Of a DNA stretch of 64,000 nt, positions 62,036 to 64,000 are shown in pieces (positions within the stretch are counted from its first letter, which is position 1; each line of letters opens with the position of its first letter). Under the pieces are notes generated by a model. The model worked only from the letters and a program-made list of their open reading frames with translations. It did not search any database and was not told the DNA's origin. The stretch comes from an uncultured Bdellovibrionales bacterium (GTDB taxonomy: Bacteria > Patescibacteriota > Minisyncoccia > Moranbacterales > UBA2206). The translations under genes were made by a program, and so were the position numbers. The stretch lies in NCBI GenBank assembly GCA_964538685.1, contig CAZIFD010000002.1:13255-77254 (forward strand). Direction: 5' to 3'.

Positions 62036-64000
62036 ATGATTAAAATATTACCTCCTCAAAAAAATCAAGAGGAATCTCAAAAATCCGAAGAAACAAAAAA
62101 GATTCTAGCCAAACTAAAACATCAAGACGAGGAAGAAAAAGCTAGTTTGTTTGCCAAAGAAATCGGCTTCCCTTATATTGACACCAATATTTTTCCGGTG
62201 AGCACTGAAAGCATTAAAAATATTTCCGAAGAAAACGCCAGAAAATTCAAAGTGCTTATCATTCAAAAAACCGGAAAAAATGTTTCTTTCGTTTCCACCA
62301 ATCCGACTCAAAAAGAAACTGTGGAATTTATTAAATCAACCTCAGAAGAAAATGGCTGGAAAGCAACTGTTTTCGTTGTTTCCGAAACCAATTTCAATCA
62401 AATACTCAACAAATACAAAACGATTGTCTTTTCCAATTTGATTGACGAGCTAAGCATTAATCTGAAAACTGAAGATATTGAAAAATTTGAAAAAGAACTG
62501 GAAGATTTGGTTTCCCTGAAAACTCGGATTAGGGAACTTCCCACCACTCAAATTCTCAATATTCTAATGGCCGGTGCCTACAAACTCGGCGCCAGCGATG
62601 TTCACATTGAACCTCAAGAAAATTTATTGCGTATTCGCTACCGAATTGACGGCGTTTTGCACGATGTCATTGAATTGCCTTTCAATATTCACCGGCCCGT
62701 AGTTTCTCGCATCAAAATGATGTCCGGAATGAAAATTAATATCAGAGATACCGCCCAAGACGGAACTTTTGAAATAAATTTAGACAAAAAAAAGATTGAC
62801 ATCAGAGTTTCAATTCTGCCGGGAAATTTTGGAGAAACAACCGTAATGCGTCTTCTTGACCCTGCTTCCATTCAGGTTGATCTTAACAATTTGGGACTTC
62901 GTGGCTTGGCTTATGAAACGATTCAAAAAGAAATTAATGCTCCCGACGGAATGATTCTCACTACCGGACCGACTGGTAGCGGAAAAACCACCACTCTTTA
63001 CGCTATTATTAACAAACTCAATAATCCCGAAAAAAAAATTATCACTATTGAAGATCCGATTGAATACGAAGTTAAGGGTATTTCCCAATCTCAAGTGGAA
63101 AATTCCCGGGGTTATTCTTTCGCCAAAGGACTCCGATCAATTGTTCGCCAAGATCCGGATGTTATTCTGGTAGGAGAAATCCGAGACGACGAAACCGCCG
63201 ACATTGCTGTCAATTCGGCTCTTACCGGACATTTGGTATTGTCAACCATTCATACTAACAATTCTGTTGCCACCATTCCCCGTCTTATTGAAATGGGTAT
63301 CAAGCCCACCCTCATTCCTCCGTCTGTCAATGCTATCATCGGACAAAGATTGGTCAGGAAACTTTGTCCGCATTGTCGGGAAGAATATACTATTGCCAAA
63401 GAATCTTTGGAATCCATAAAAAAAACATTATCCATCATTTCCCCCAAGGCTAAACTGGAAATTCCTAAAAACATCACCAAACTTTATCGCCCCAAAGGTT
63501 GCCCAAAATGCAACGGTATTGGCTACAAAGGTCGGATTGGAATTTTTGAAGTTCTCACCATCAACAGTGCAATAGAAAAATTAATTTTGGAAATGGCTGG
63601 AAAATCAGATTTGATTATGGCTGCCCTGGAAGCCGGAATAGTCACTATGCTTCAAGATGGAATTTTGAAAGCCATAGAAGGAACCACCACTATTGAAGAA
63701 GTTAAGAGAGTGACCGGTGAAGGAGATTTCTTGGAAGGACTTTATGAAAGTTTAATGAATCAAGTTTTTTCCAGAAAAATAATCATTGATAACAAAACCT
63801 ATCAAATAGTTAAAGCCAGTCTCCAATCTCCTCTTGGTTTTCAAAAACTCATTCAAGAATCAAAAACTAAAGATATCAACAAATTGGTTTTTTCCGCCGC
63901 CTTACTTATGAAAGCTGGCGACATTCACTTGGAACCAGGAGAAAAGGAAATTCATATCCGTTTCCGAATTGACGGCATTTTGCAAACCATCGCTTCTTTT
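62036..64000 (+). CDS. pilB: Type IV pilus / type II secretion assembly ATPase (PilB/GspE family), with a C-terminal extension beginning a second N2-like module; ORF runs off the right edge of the window
   Basis: Walker A GPTGSGKTT, Asp box, Walker B VILVGEIRD, His box, tetracysteine CPHC...CPKC. After the canonical C-terminus (...IEEVKRVTGE) the frame continues with AGDIHLEPGEKEIHIRFRIDGILQ, a repeat of the earlier N2 motif GASDVHIEPQENLLRIRYRIDGVL. Absent from the ORF track because there is no stop in the window. Confidence 0.85.
   Translation, partial: MIKILPPQKNQEESQKSEETKKILAKLKHQDEEEKASLFAKEIGFPYIDTNIFPVSTESIKNISEENARKFKVLIIQKTGKNVSFVSTNPTQKETVEFIKSTSEENGWKATVFVVSETNFNQILNKYKTIVFSNLIDELSINLKTEDIEKFEKELEDLVSLKTRIRELPTTQILNILMAGAYKLGASDVHIEPQENLLRIRYRIDGVLHDVIELPFNIHRPVVSRIKMMSGMKINIRDTAQDGTFEINLDKKKIDIRVSILPGNFGETTVMRLLDPASIQVDLNNLGLRGLAYETIQKEINAPDGMILTTGPTGSGKTTTLYAIINKLNNPEKKIITIEDPIEYEVKGISQSQVENSRGYSFAKGLRSIVRQDPDVILVGEIRDDETADIAVNSALTGHLVLSTIHTNNSVATIPRLIEMGIKPTLIPPSVNAIIGQRLVRKLCPHCREEYTIAKESLESIKKTLSIISPKAKLEIPKNITKLYRPKGCPKCNGIGYKGRIGIFEVLTINSAIEKLILEMAGKSDLIMAALEAGIVTMLQDGILKAIEGTTTIEEVKRVTGEGDFLEGLYESLMNQVFSRKIIIDNKTYQIVKASLQSPLGFQKLIQESKTKDINKLVFSAALLMKAGDIHLEPGEKEIHIRFRIDGILQTIASF

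Noticed and set aside
1-64000. CRISPR arrays and rRNA genes
   Set aside because: Looked for regularly spaced direct repeats of 25-40 bp and rRNA-like conserved blocks. None was found. The only repeat families are the REP-like palindrome and the cassette-flanking direct repeats.

Overview
This is a low-GC (~33%) bacterial window with short, tightly packed genes, and its gene content resembles a small-genome, CPR/Patescibacteria-like organism (inference). It has two parts.

(1) Accessory region, ~0.6-30.2 kb. It lies between a partial dnaG (minus strand, runs off the left edge) and a tRNA-Ser(GGA)/pyk junction. I read it as a composite integrative island or degraded prophage: two large serine recombinases (10820..12394 and 28691..30019), the second ending 112 bp from the tRNA. 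The cargo is dense with defence and DNA-modification genes:
- a DUF3800 + HD-domain two-gene cassette flanked by ~100-bp direct repeats;
- a compact thymidylate-synthase-like gene convergent with a guanylate-kinase-like gene of atypical GC;
- a DpnII-like operon with C-protein, putative REase, Dam-like MTase and beta-class MTase, followed in the same operon by an RloC/AAA_13-like zinc-hook ABC ATPase;
- a phage-type ParB-MTase / TerS / truncated-TerL packaging module;
- an ~11.3 kb Type I RM operon (HTH-fused hsdM ... hsdS ... hsdR + DUF45) with seven uncharacterised genes between its subunits. These include a CD-NTase/SMODS-like nucleotidyltransferase paired with a 2TM protein (CBASS-like), a PIN-domain protein, a small GIY-YIG nuclease and two to three HEPN-like ORFs.

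(2) Core region, 30.3-64 kb. Calls: pyk, htpX, lemA, a Mur ligase family gene, a FemAB-like gene, ruvA, a membrane-protein/glycosyltransferase envelope cluster, rpsT, holA, mutM, polA, a cyclophilin, tsaE, a DHH phosphoesterase, and a partial pilB/gspE at the right edge whose product carries an unusual C-terminal repeat of its own N2-domain motif.

Other structure seen: a ~31-bp REP-like palindromic element in three copies, two GC-rich compositional islets, several rho-independent terminators, and palindrome-rich non-coding regions (the dnaG/ORF951 leader; 10519..10612; 12422..12472; 13871..14210). No CRISPR array or rRNA was seen. All functional calls come from reading motifs in the translations; nothing was searched against a database.
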